Below are positions 55,719-64,000 of a stretch of DNA of 64,000 nucleotides, in pieces (within the stretch, counting starts at the first letter, position 1; the number at the start of each line of letters is the position of its first letter). The stretch lies in the IMG/VR virus record IMGVR_UViG_3300046507_000447, positions 1,903 through 65,902 of that record, one strand, 5' to 3'. The translations under genes and the position numbers were made by a program. The notes under the pieces are model-generated. The model worked only from the letters and a program-made list of their open reading frames with translations, did not search any database and was not told the origin of the DNA. This DNA is from a virus. Its lineage: Duplodnaviria > Caudoviricetes.

Positions 55719-57114
55719 CGCAGCCCCCGCGCGCTCGCCGTTCATGGATACCGTGACGCAGAACCCTCTGCTCATGGAACCGCACCACGCGGGCTTCCTG
55801 GCCTCTTCGCTCGAACACATGATGCAGGACGAGCGGGTCGCGGTCGAGATCTCGCGCCCGACGATGGACGCGCAGTCGGATCGGGATTTCTGGGGCGACG
55901 GCACGGACGAGGACTGGCGCACATACTATCGCCCCTACAAGGTGATCGGCGGCATCCTCCAGATCCCCGTCATGGGCACGCTGCTCGACAAGTTCTCGTT
56001 TCAGTTCGGTCGGTGGGCAACGGGCTATAAATACATTGAAATGGCGCTGAAAAGGGGATTGTCCGACTCGGCGGTTTACGGCATCGCTTTGGTTGTCGAT
56101 TCGCCGGGTGGCATGGTCGCCGGTTGTTTTGAGTTGTGCGCCAAGATTTATGACGCACGGTCTGAGAAACCGATCCGCGCCTTCGCGACCGACAGCGCCT
56201 ACTCTGCCGCGTATGCCCTTGCGTGTTCCGCCAGTGTGCTCGTCGTCTCTACGAGCGGCGGCGTCGGCTCTATCGGCGTCGTGACGATGCATGTTTCCTA
56301 CGCCGATGCTTTGAAGCAATGGGGCCTGGAGGTCACTTTCGTCTTCGCCGGCAAGCATAAGGTGGACGGGAATTCCTACGAAAGCCTGCCCGATGCAGTA
56401 AAGGCCCGAATTCAGACACGCATCAACAAGATTTACGGGGTCTTCACCTCGACCGTCGCGAAACATCGTGACATGGATGAGGAAGACGTTAAGGCCACGG
56501 AAGCGCTCACCTATGACGCGGAAGAGGCAACAGCAAATGGGCTCGCCGACCGCATCGGGGCTCTTGACGAAGAACTAGTCGTCTTCTCGGAAGACGTGGC
56601 TCAACAAGGAGATGATTTTATGGCTGAAACCCAGGCAAACACGACCGGCAAGAAGGACGGCAGCGACGACAGCGTCTCGCTTTCCGCGCACAACAAGGCC
56701 GTGAACGACGCTCGCGCTGAAGGCGTTGCAGCCGGCAAGGCCGAAGCTTCGACCGCCGAGCGCACGCGCATCGCCGCGATCCTCGGTTCGGATGAAGCCA
56801 AGACGCGCTCCAAGGCCGCCATGAACGTTGCCATGAAGACCGGCATGTCGCTGGAAGATGCCAAGGCGTTCCTGGCCGATATGCCGGAAGAGAAGGCCGA
56901 AGCTGCGCCGCAGACGGACGCGACCGGCAAGAACCAGGGCCGCAACCATTTCGCCGAAGCCATGGACAAGGGCAAGAGCCCGGATGTCGGCTCCGGTGAC
57001 AGCACGGACGCGAACGCTACCGGCGAGGAAGATACCACGCAGGGTCGCGTCAACTCGATCCTGTCGGCGTACGGTGGCGAAGCCGGCGTCGGCCCGAGCA
57101 AGAAGCGCGCGTAA
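55696..57114 (+). CDS. S49 prohead protease with C-terminal scaffold
   Basis: DSPGG.V.G; SAAY; GSIGV; ER.RI..IL. Confidence 0.92.
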   Translation: MPMPSPLNAAPARSPFMDTVTQNPLLMEPHHAGFLASSLEHMMQDERVAVEISRPTMDAQSDRDFWGDGTDEDWRTYYRPYKVIGGILQIPVMGTLLDKFSFQFGRWATGYKYIEMALKRGLSDSAVYGIALVVDSPGGMVAGCFELCAKIYDARSEKPIRAFATDSAYSAAYALACSASVLVVSTSGGVGSIGVVTMHVSYADALKQWGLEVTFVFAGKHKVDGNSYESLPDAVKARIQTRINKIYGVFTSTVAKHRDMDEEDVKATEALTYDAEEATANGLADRIGALDEELVVFSEDVAQQGDDFMAETQANTTGKKDGSDDSVSLSAHNKAVNDARAEGVAAGKAEASTAERTRIAAILGSDEAKTRSKAAMNVAMKTGMSLEDAKAFLADMPEEKAEAAPQTDATGKNQGRNHFAEAMDKGKSPDVGSGDSTDANATGEEDTTQGRVNSILSAYGGEAGVGPSKKRA

Positions 57115-57149
57115 GCCTTAACCCCGAACTGCCATAGGAGATCTTTACG

Positions 57150-57596
57150 ATGGCGATCGACAACATCATTCCGCGCGCCGATCCGGCCGCCGCTCATTTC
57201 AAGACGGCGTCCTATGCCAGCGCGCCCGAGCCCTTCTTCGGTGACGCCGAAGTTATCGATATCGATGTGCCGTATACCCTGGCCGCCGATACCGATCTGG
57301 CCGAACTGACGGTCGTGAACTACAACCCGGCTAACGGTTCCGTCACCAAGGCGGTCGTTTCTTCCGGCGCGTCGAACGCGAACGCCATCCTCGGCATGCC
57401 GCTGAAGGGTCTTAACGGCGCTACCGGCCGCGTGGGCATCCACACGTCGGGCCATTGGGACAGCCGCGCTCTCATCTGGGACGCGACCTTCACCACGCAG
57501 ACCCTCAAGGACAATGCGTTCCTTGCCGGCTCGCGTCCGATGATCCGCGTCTCGGCCGGTAAGTTCAACAACGCCGCAGTCGATCAAGCCTACTAA
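57150..57596 (+). CDS. Head decoration protein (gpD-like)
   Basis: Between protease and capsid; G.W...AL.W motif. Confidence 0.8.
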   Translation: MAIDNIIPRADPAAAHFKTASYASAPEPFFGDAEVIDIDVPYTLAADTDLAELTVVNYNPANGSVTKAVVSSGASNANAILGMPLKGLNGATGRVGIHTSGHWDSRALIWDATFTTQTLKDNAFLAGSRPMIRVSAGKFNNAAVDQAY

Positions 57597-57636
57597 GGCT
57601 TAGTCACCCAACCGCAACTCGCAAGAGGATCTACTT

Positions 57637-58689
57637 ATGGACCCGACAGTATATGACAGCGCAACGCTCCTCGGCGTGTTCTGGTCTGACGAATACATGA
57701 AGCCGCCAGAGAACTACTGGCTGAACAACTTCTACACGACTGAAGTGCAGTTCACGACTGAAGAGATCGACCTTTCGAAGATCACCGATATTCGCAAGCT
57801 CGCGCCTTTCGTCGTTCCGACACTCCAGGGCACGCCGATCTATTCCGCCGCTGAACGTCTCGCAACCTTCGCGCCGGCTTATATCAAGGCGAAAGATCCG
57901 GTCTCGGCAACTCGCATGATCCGCCGCGCTGCGGGTTACGGCGAGCTTGGCCGTGGTCGCACGGTTCTCACCCCGAAACAGCGTTACGACACGATCGTCG
58001 CCGACGTCATTCGCCAGCATCGTAATGCGGTCGAGCGTCGTTGGGAATGGATGGCTTCCAAGGGCATCCTGGACGCGGCGATTACCCTCAAGGACGACCG
58101 TTACCCGGAACGCATCGTCAACTTCGGTCGCGCTTCTTCCAACACGGTTGTCCTCACGGGCGGCGCGCGTTGGGGCCAGACCGGCGTCGATATCCTGGAC
58201 AGCCTCCAGGGCTTCTTGAACATCGTGCGCAACGCGAAGTTCGGCGGCCCCGCCAATCGTCTGACGATCGGCGCGAACGTGTGGTCTGTCATGCGCAAGG
58301 ACCAGGGCATCCGCGAGTTCCTGAACACGCAGTATAAGCTCGGGGCCAACATCAACCTGAAGCTCGGCTTGCTCCAGGGCCTCCAGGTCGAATACGTCGG
58401 CAATATCGAGACGATCGAAGTCTACGTTTATTCCGACTATTACCAGGATCCGGACGGCACGGTGCAGCCCTACATGTCGCCCAACGACATCGTGCTCACT
58501 GGCCCCTCGGTTTCCGGCGTTCGTGCGTTCGGCGCGATCCAGGACATCGACGCGCAGCTCCAGGCTCTGCCGGTCTTCATGAAGCTCTGGAACGAGAAGG
58601 ATCCGTCCGCGACGCTGATCCTCACTCAGTCGGCGCCCATGATGGTCCCGATCAACCCGAACGCTACGCTCAAGGCGACAGTCGTCTAA
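57637..58689 (+). CDS. Major capsid protein (lambda E family)
   Basis: LAPFV.P...G; F.PAY.K.K; RRWEWMA; QSAP..VP...NA. Confidence 0.92.
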   Translation: MDPTVYDSATLLGVFWSDEYMKPPENYWLNNFYTTEVQFTTEEIDLSKITDIRKLAPFVVPTLQGTPIYSAAERLATFAPAYIKAKDPVSATRMIRRAAGYGELGRGRTVLTPKQRYDTIVADVIRQHRNAVERRWEWMASKGILDAAITLKDDRYPERIVNFGRASSNTVVLTGGARWGQTGVDILDSLQGFLNIVRNAKFGGPANRLTIGANVWSVMRKDQGIREFLNTQYKLGANINLKLGLLQGLQVEYVGNIETIEVYVYSDYYQDPDGTVQPYMSPNDIVLTGPSVSGVRAFGAIQDIDAQLQALPVFMKLWNEKDPSATLILTQSAPMMVPINPNATLKATVV

Positions 58690-58768
58690 GCGATAGTTTC
58701 TCCCAGGACAGGATCGGCGGGCCACAAACCCGCTGTTCTTGACTCCCGCCCAAACGAGGAAGTCCCCT

Positions 58769-59299
58769 ATGGTCTCCAAAGTAATTGCCCTCCACACGAT
58801 CCACCTGACAATCAAGCCGGGTGTCGCCGCTAACCGCGTGACCGGTGAGGCCGCTATCGCCCCCGTGGTCAAGGAAGTCCCTGGCGGCACGGCTTTTACC
58901 CCGCGCACGCAGACAGAATTCAACGAGCTGATGAAGCTCGGCGCCATCCGCCTGCCGGGTGAAGACGAGTCGATCGACAGTTTCCGCACGCTCGAACTGG
59001 ACGACGATGACCGCGAGGTTAAGTCGCGCCCCGGCAAGACGGATGAAGAAATCCGTGCGGCCCAGGCCCAGGCTGACGCCGACCAGAAGAAGCGCGATGC
59101 TGCTGCTGCGAAGGTCAAGGCTGACGCTGAAGCCAAGCTGAAGGCGCAGTCCACCCCCAAGGTCAAGCCGGCCAAGGAAAAGGCCGCTGATCCGCTGAAG
59201 GCCGCCAAGGAAGGCGACGTCGGCGGCACGGACGAAGGCAAGACCGGTGAGCAGCAGTCGTCCGGTGAGCAGTCTGGCGACAACGACGACGTGGTCTAA
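58769..59299 (+). CDS. Post-capsid protein (FI-like position)
   Basis: GAGG RBS; V..G..F...EL..LGA motif followed by a charged low-complexity tail. Confidence 0.65.
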   Translation: MVSKVIALHTIHLTIKPGVAANRVTGEAAIAPVVKEVPGGTAFTPRTQTEFNELMKLGAIRLPGEDESIDSFRTLELDDDDREVKSRPGKTDEEIRAAQAQADADQKKRDAAAAKVKADAEAKLKAQSTPKVKPAKEKAADPLKAAKEGDVGGTDEGKTGEQQSSGEQSGDNDDVV

Positions 59300-59814
59300 T
59301 GGCCGGATTTCGCGAGATCAAAGATCGCGCGCGCAGGGATCTCCACACAGCGTTGGAGGTTCCTGCGTTTTATATTGATCCGCTGGGCGAAGCCGCCCTC
59401 GGCGTGACCGTTCGTGTCCACAATAGCTGGCTCGCCAAGGGCGATGTTCCCGGCACAAGTTTCCGCTTCGGCGAGATCCGCGAAGACACTCCCAAGCTCA
59501 TCTTCTTGTTTGACCAGATCGACCCCGAACCTTTGGCCGTGGTGATGATCTCGGCGATCGAAGGCTATCGTGTTCGGGTTCCGGACCCCCGTTATCTCCA
59601 GACGGTCATGGCCGGGGCGACCGCGCTGGACCCGACTGAGCTGGCCCTTTACCCCAATCCCGATATGGGCATGGTCATCTATGGGAATGTCGAGCTGCCG
59701 GGGATCGGCGCGGACGAGCCCGGTGATCTCCCAGGCATCGGCGTCGAAGCAATGCTCGTTGTCTTCAACCTGATCGACGGCGAGGTCGAGCTACCGCTCA
59801 TCTCGGGAGACTGA
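59299..59814 (+). CDS. Head closure / head-tail joining protein with a C-terminal ELPG-repeat extension
   Basis: F.EIK.RARRDLH..L.VPA.Y N-terminus; tail GNVELPGIG..GDLPGIGVE..GEVELP. Confidence 0.75.
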   Translation: MAGFREIKDRARRDLHTALEVPAFYIDPLGEAALGVTVRVHNSWLAKGDVPGTSFRFGEIREDTPKLIFLFDQIDPEPLAVVMISAIEGYRVRVPDPRYLQTVMAGATALDPTELALYPNPDMGMVIYGNVELPGIGADEPGDLPGIGVEAMLVVFNLIDGEVELPLISGD

Positions 59815-59816
59815 TC

Positions 59817-60458
59817 ATGGCTGATAGCTTCATCTTCGCCGTGAACGGCATCGACAACCTGCACGACTTCCAGCTCAAGAAGGACGAGACCGAACTTCTC
59901 GCGCTCCAGACGATCAACCGCATTGCTGCTACGACGCGCAAAGACGCCGCCGACAAGATCCGCGCAGAGGTTGCATTCGGCCAGTCATATCTCAACCCAG
60001 CGAACAAGCGCCTCTATGTCTCGCAGCAAGCGCGCAAGGGTTCGCTGGAGGCGGTCATCACGGCACGCGGCCGGCCGACATCCCTGGCCCGGTTCATCGT
60101 CGGCGGCACGGCGGCGATTGGCCAGGAGGGCGTCACGGTCGAGGTCGGCCAGGGCCGCATCAAGCATCTCGATCACGCCTTCCTGATCAAGCTCCGCGCC
60201 GGCACGAGCGACGTTGAAACGCGGTTCAACCTCGGCCTCGCCGTGCGTCTGAAACCGGGCAACGATCTGCGGAACAAGCGCGCGAACGTGATCAAATTGA
60301 ATAGCGGCCTGCACATCCTTTACGGGCCGTCGGTATCCCAGATCTTCCTTGCCAACGATGGAACCGGCGTCGCAGACGATCTGGTTCCGGATATCCTGGA
60401 CGGCATGCAGGAAGAATTTCTCCGACTTGTGAGGTTGAAGCAAAGTGGCAAGCTATGA
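59817..60458 (+). CDS. Neck / minor tail protein (gpZ-like)
   Basis: A...IN; RPTSLARF; LYGPSV.Q. Confidence 0.75.
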   Translation: MADSFIFAVNGIDNLHDFQLKKDETELLALQTINRIAATTRKDAADKIRAEVAFGQSYLNPANKRLYVSQQARKGSLEAVITARGRPTSLARFIVGGTAAIGQEGVTVEVGQGRIKHLDHAFLIKLRAGTSDVETRFNLGLAVRLKPGNDLRNKRANVIKLNSGLHILYGPSVSQIFLANDGTGVADDLVPDILDGMQEEFLRLVRLKQSGKL

Positions 60459-60978
60459 ATTTGCGGATCCATTCCGGCTGCGGATTAAGAAGAACCTCGC
60501 GGCGCTGCTGGAGGCGATCTCGATTGCCGACGGCTACCACTTCGACCTGAAGGGAAAGGTCTTTCGAGGCCGGGTACTCTTCGGCCCGAAAGACCCTACG
60601 CCGATGATCGCCATCCTCGAAACGCCGTTGCAGGACGGGGCGTATCCAACGCCGCGCGACAACCCTGCGCAGTATGCCCGGTGGGATTTGACGATCCAGG
60701 GGTTCGTCCTTGACGACGAGAAGAACCCAACAGATCCTGCCGACATTCTAGCGGCCGACGTGAGTCGGGCTTTAGGTGTGGAAAAGGCGGCCAGAAGCGG
60801 CGGAAGAGAAGATAACAACCTGTTCAATATGCGCGGACTTGTTACAGATCTCATCATCGGACAACCCGTAAGTCGTCCTGGGGATGAGCTGTCCGCCAAG
60901 GCCTTTTTCTACATACCCATTACTCTCGGCCTATCCGAGGACACGAGCAAGCCCTATGGCGAGCAAATCACGCCTTAA
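60445..60978 (+). CDS. Tail terminator protein
   Basis: VFRGR..FG...P.P...ILE; QGFV.DD..NPTDPA. Confidence 0.78.
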   Translation: MASYEFADPFRLRIKKNLAALLEAISIADGYHFDLKGKVFRGRVLFGPKDPTPMIAILETPLQDGAYPTPRDNPAQYARWDLTIQGFVLDDEKNPTDPADILAADVSRALGVEKAARSGGREDNNLFNMRGLVTDLIIGQPVSRPGDELSAKAFFYIPITLGLSEDTSKPYGEQITP

Positions 60979-60992
60979 CCAGTGAGGACAAT

Positions 60993-62144
60993 ATGGCGAA
61001 GGACTTCAAAGATTATACCCTGGGTCGCGGGCGTGTGCTGCTTTCCCGTTTCGTACCGGGCACGCAGAAGCCGTCGGGCTTCCTCTACATGGGCAACACG
61101 CCTGAATTCAATCTGACGATTGAGTCCGACAACCTGGACCACTTCTCGTCTGACGAGGGTATCCGCGAAAAGGACGACGGCGTCACGCTGGAAGTCACGC
61201 GCTCGGGCTCGATCATCACCGACAACATCGCCCCGGACAACGTCGCATACTTCTTCTTCGGCGAAACCCAGACGATCACGACGGCAAGCGCCGCCCTGTC
61301 CACGTCCACGATCGAAGGCGTCCGCAAGGACTATTCGTATCTCGTCGGCGCGACGGACATCAACCCGGTCGGCGTTCGCGGCATCAACCCGGTAGACTTC
61401 GAAGTTCGTGAGTCCGGTGGCCTGCGCGCTTCCGGCACGTTGACCTTCACGGCCAACGCCTCGATCGGCGACACGGTGACGATCAACGGACAGGTCTACA
61501 CCTTCCAGAGCGCGCTCGCCGTTGCCAACGACGTCCTGCTCGGTTCGTCCGCTGCTCGCACGGCGGCCAACCTCGTCGCTGCGATCAACGGTGCGGCCGG
61601 CGTCGGTGTCGGATATGCGGCCGGTACGGTTGCCAATGCCGGCGTGACTGCTGCCGCCACGACCAACATCGTCACGCTGACGGCGCGCCTCAAGGGCACG
61701 GCCGGCAACGCGATTACGCTGGTCGAGAACGGCACGAACACGACCGTCTCGGGCGCGACGCTTGCGGGCGGCACGGCATCCGGCGCGCTGTACGTCATCG
61801 TTGATGACTACACGATCAACTACGACACGGGCCGCCTGACGATCGTCGCGACCGGTGCGATCGCCGATGACTCGGATATCGACGTTGCCTACAGCCTCCT
61901 TGCCAACACGCGCGAGCGTGTGATCTCCGGCACGGATCCGGTTGAAGGCGCGCTGATGTACGAAGCCAACAACCCCAAGGGCAAGCAAATCGACTACTAC
62001 ATGCCCTACATCCAGATCAGCCCGAACGGCGACTATTCGCTCAAGGGTGACGAGTGGCAGCAGATCCCGTTCACTCTTCAGATCCTCAAGCCCAAATCTG
62101 GCGGCGCGGCTATCCTGGCCGACGGTCGTCCGGTCTACGCCTAA
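60993..62144 (+). CDS. Major tail tube protein with inserted domain
   Basis: YTLGRG...Y.GNTPEF...SS..G...KD; N..G.....P.GD..LKGDEWQ. Confidence 0.88.
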   Translation: MAKDFKDYTLGRGRVLLSRFVPGTQKPSGFLYMGNTPEFNLTIESDNLDHFSSDEGIREKDDGVTLEVTRSGSIITDNIAPDNVAYFFFGETQTITTASAALSTSTIEGVRKDYSYLVGATDINPVGVRGINPVDFEVRESGGLRASGTLTFTANASIGDTVTINGQVYTFQSALAVANDVLLGSSAARTAANLVAAINGAAGVGVGYAAGTVANAGVTAAATTNIVTLTARLKGTAGNAITLVENGTNTTVSGATLAGGTASGALYVIVDDYTINYDTGRLTIVATGAIADDSDIDVAYSLLANTRERVISGTDPVEGALMYEANNPKGKQIDYYMPYIQISPNGDYSLKGDEWQQIPFTLQILKPKSGGAAILADGRPVYA

Positions 62145-62174
62145 AACCAGCAACTCGCCTGACAGGAGTGCGCA

Positions 62175-62651
62175 ATGCGTCTGAGTAAAATCCAAATCGA
62201 AACGCTGCCGGTGGAAGTCGGCGGCGACAACTCCGAGCCCTTCTATGTGAGGGGCTTGGGGCTTTCGGACTTCCAGAAACTGATGAACGAGCAAGCTCCT
62301 TCCATGCAGCAGCTCTTCAACCGGTTCATGGAAAACCGCAACAGCGGCCAGCAGTGGTCGGCGAATGAAGTCGTCAGCCTGCTCTCGAACGCTGCCAAGG
62401 ACATGCCCGAGCTGGCCGTCCTGGCGATCTGCCTCGGGGCGAACGATACGTCGGAAGAAGCGGCGATCGTCACCCGGCAGTTCTCGATCGGCATCCAGGT
62501 TGATGCGCTGTCAAAGATCTGGGCGCTCTCGATCAAACAGGACGCCCAACTAAAAAATTTGCAGGAGCTAATCTTCGGCGGTCTGGAGAAGGCAGCAGTG
62601 TTCGCGGCCGACTATCTGAACCAAGCCTCGACGGTTGGCTCCTTGAACTAA
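62175..62651 (+). CDS. Tail assembly chaperone (gpG-like)
   Basis: F.VRGL...D motif; between tail tube and TMP. Confidence 0.8.
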   Translation: MRLSKIQIETLPVEVGGDNSEPFYVRGLGLSDFQKLMNEQAPSMQQLFNRFMENRNSGQQWSANEVVSLLSNAAKDMPELAVLAICLGANDTSEEAAIVTRQFSIGIQVDALSKIWALSIKQDAQLKNLQELIFGGLEKAAVFAADYLNQASTVGSLN

Positions 62652-62935
62652 GAGCGCGCGTCAGCCTCCTTCTGGAGGCCGGCCACCCCCTGGCCCCACA
62701 CTACCCGATCGGAATGGTTTGGGATGAAGTGGGGCTCGTCACCGAACGCCGTAACGGGCAGATGGTATCCGAGTCGGAGTTGATGATGCGAACGCTCATC
62801 GCCTTCTGGGATGGAAAGAAGGGCGGCAAGCTGCGCAAGGAATTGCTCGACTCGCTTAATTCGGAAATGGTCCCTCATGCCCTTGGGGGGCATCAAACTG
62901 ATGAGGGAATAACGGATGGCGAACGGGAGCCGTGA
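62552..62935 (+). CDS. -1 frameshift extension of the tail chaperone (gpT-like)
   Basis: Slippery A AAA AAT TTG; the -1 frame is open to 62935 and reads LRARVSLLLEAGH..A.HYP.G.VWDE. Confidence 0.75.
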   Translation, partial: KKFAGANLRRSGEGSSVRGRLSEPSLDGWLLELRARVSLLLEAGHPLAPHYPIGMVWDEVGLVTERRNGQMVSESELMMRTLIAFWDGKKGGKLRKELLDSLNSEMVPHALGGHQTDEGITDGEREP

Positions 62936-64000
62936 CGTCCAACTGGTCATCAAGGCCAAGGACGACGCAAGCAAAACAGTCGAAGCCATCGCGAAGGCCC
63001 TTAACGACCTGACGTCGGGCATTACCTCGACCGAAAAGTCGATCGACAAGGGCGACACTGCCTTCACCAAACTCGGCAAGACCCTCGGAACGCTGGACAA
63101 GGCGCTCCGGGGCGTGTCTTCGACCGACCGGCTCGCCAAGCAATTCGACGCGGCGACGGTATCCGCGAACAACCTGGACAAGTCGATCGGCGATACCGAG
63201 AAGAAGGTATCCGAGCTGGCCGATCGCATGGCCCAGGCTGCGACCGCGACTGCGACCTACGAGAAAAATCTCAAGGATACGACGGCGGCCCTGGAGCGTG
63301 AGAAGACCTCGCTCAAGGACGCCCAGGCCGCGCACAAACAGTTGAACGGCAACCTCAAGGAAGCCGCCACGCAGCGCGCGACCTTGGAAGCCGCCGAGAA
63401 GAAACTGACGGCGGCGATAGATCAGCAGCAAGCGAAGATCGCCGGCTACGAGGCCAAGATTGCAGGGCTCAGCCAGGAGATCTCGCAGACGGCCGAGCCC
63501 ACCAAGCGGCTGGTCAACAACCTGACGGCGGCGACGACCGGCCTGGACAAGTATGTCGCCAAGCTCAGCGCGTCCGAAGCCGCTCTCGCCGCGACACGGC
63601 AGGGCGTGCTCGCGACTGCTGAAGCCGAAGTCGATCTCACGCAGAAGCTCACGGCCAGCGAAACCGCGCTTGCAGGACAGGCCGCCAAGATCGGCGAGCT
63701 GACGGCTGCGAAGAAAGAGCAGCAGAGCGTCACCAAGTCCGTGGCGCAGGCAGAGCAGCAGTTGGCCCGCGAGTATCAGCAGGCCACGCAATCGCTCGCG
63801 CAGCAGCAGACGGGCGCGGCACGGGCCAGCGAAGCGCTGCTCCAGATTGCCACGGCGTCGGAGCTGGCAAAGGATGCAACGGCGGATCTGGCGAAGGCGG
63901 CGACCGGCCCCTTGCGCGAGGCCTTGAGCACGCAGCAGTCCGTTGTTGCTCGACTGAAGAATTCCTATGTGGACTTCGGACAGTCCCTGAAAACCCTGGC
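62916..64000 (+). CDS. Tape measure protein, N-terminal part (runs off the window)
   Basis: MANGSRDVQLVIKAKD.ASK start; Ala/Gln/Lys coiled coil; GAGGG RBS. Confidence 0.88.
   Translation, partial: MANGSRDVQLVIKAKDDASKTVEAIAKALNDLTSGITSTEKSIDKGDTAFTKLGKTLGTLDKALRGVSSTDRLAKQFDAATVSANNLDKSIGDTEKKVSELADRMAQAATATATYEKNLKDTTAALEREKTSLKDAQAAHKQLNGNLKEAATQRATLEAAEKKLTAAIDQQQAKIAGYEAKIAGLSQEISQTAEPTKRLVNNLTAATTGLDKYVAKLSASEAALAATRQGVLATAEAEVDLTQKLTASETALAGQAAKIGELTAAKKEQQSVTKSVAQAEQQLAREYQQATQSLAQQQTGAARASEALLQIATASELAKDATADLAKAATGPLREALSTQQSVVARLKNSYVDFGQSLKTL

Larger units (their letters stand above)
1..64000. mobile_element. Near-complete, circularly permuted Chi-like siphophage genome
   Basis: Chi-like order primase / DUF2800 / DUF2815 / PolA / VRR-NUC / SNF2 / TerS / TerL / gpW / portal / S49 / D / E / tail; tape-measure gene split across both window ends; no host genes. 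Confidence 0.93.

Overview
The window is almost all of a GC-rich, Chi-like (Casjensviridae-type) siphophage genome, probably infecting a rhizobial or other alphaproteobacterial host (GapR/DUF2312 gene, CTTG-N-CTATAT-type promoter). It is circularly permuted: the tape-measure gene begins at 62916 and its 3' part is at 1-2153. Gene order is tail tip, fibre module and lysis (1-18954, +); about 50 small accessory/early genes (18951-39720, -); a non-coding cos/origin region (about 39720-40895); primase-helicase and two HTH genes (-); then DUF2800, DUF2815, DNA polymerase A, VRR-NUC, SNF2 helicase, terminase, and lambda-like head and tail genes (+). I saw no integrase, CRISPR array or canonical tRNA. 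The most unusual signals are: (1) a fibre module with three paralogous ~140-aa subunits and a scaffold carrying 10+5 peptide repeats of two kinds, one of which recurs on the tail-tip and head-closure proteins; (2) a ~400-nt promoter-to-terminator non-coding RNA unit with a circularly permuted tRNA-like domain; (3) a CAAC-N5-GTTG operator inside several promoters; (4) a candidate overprinted gene inside the primase linker. All family assignments come from motif recognition and gene order; no database searches were run.
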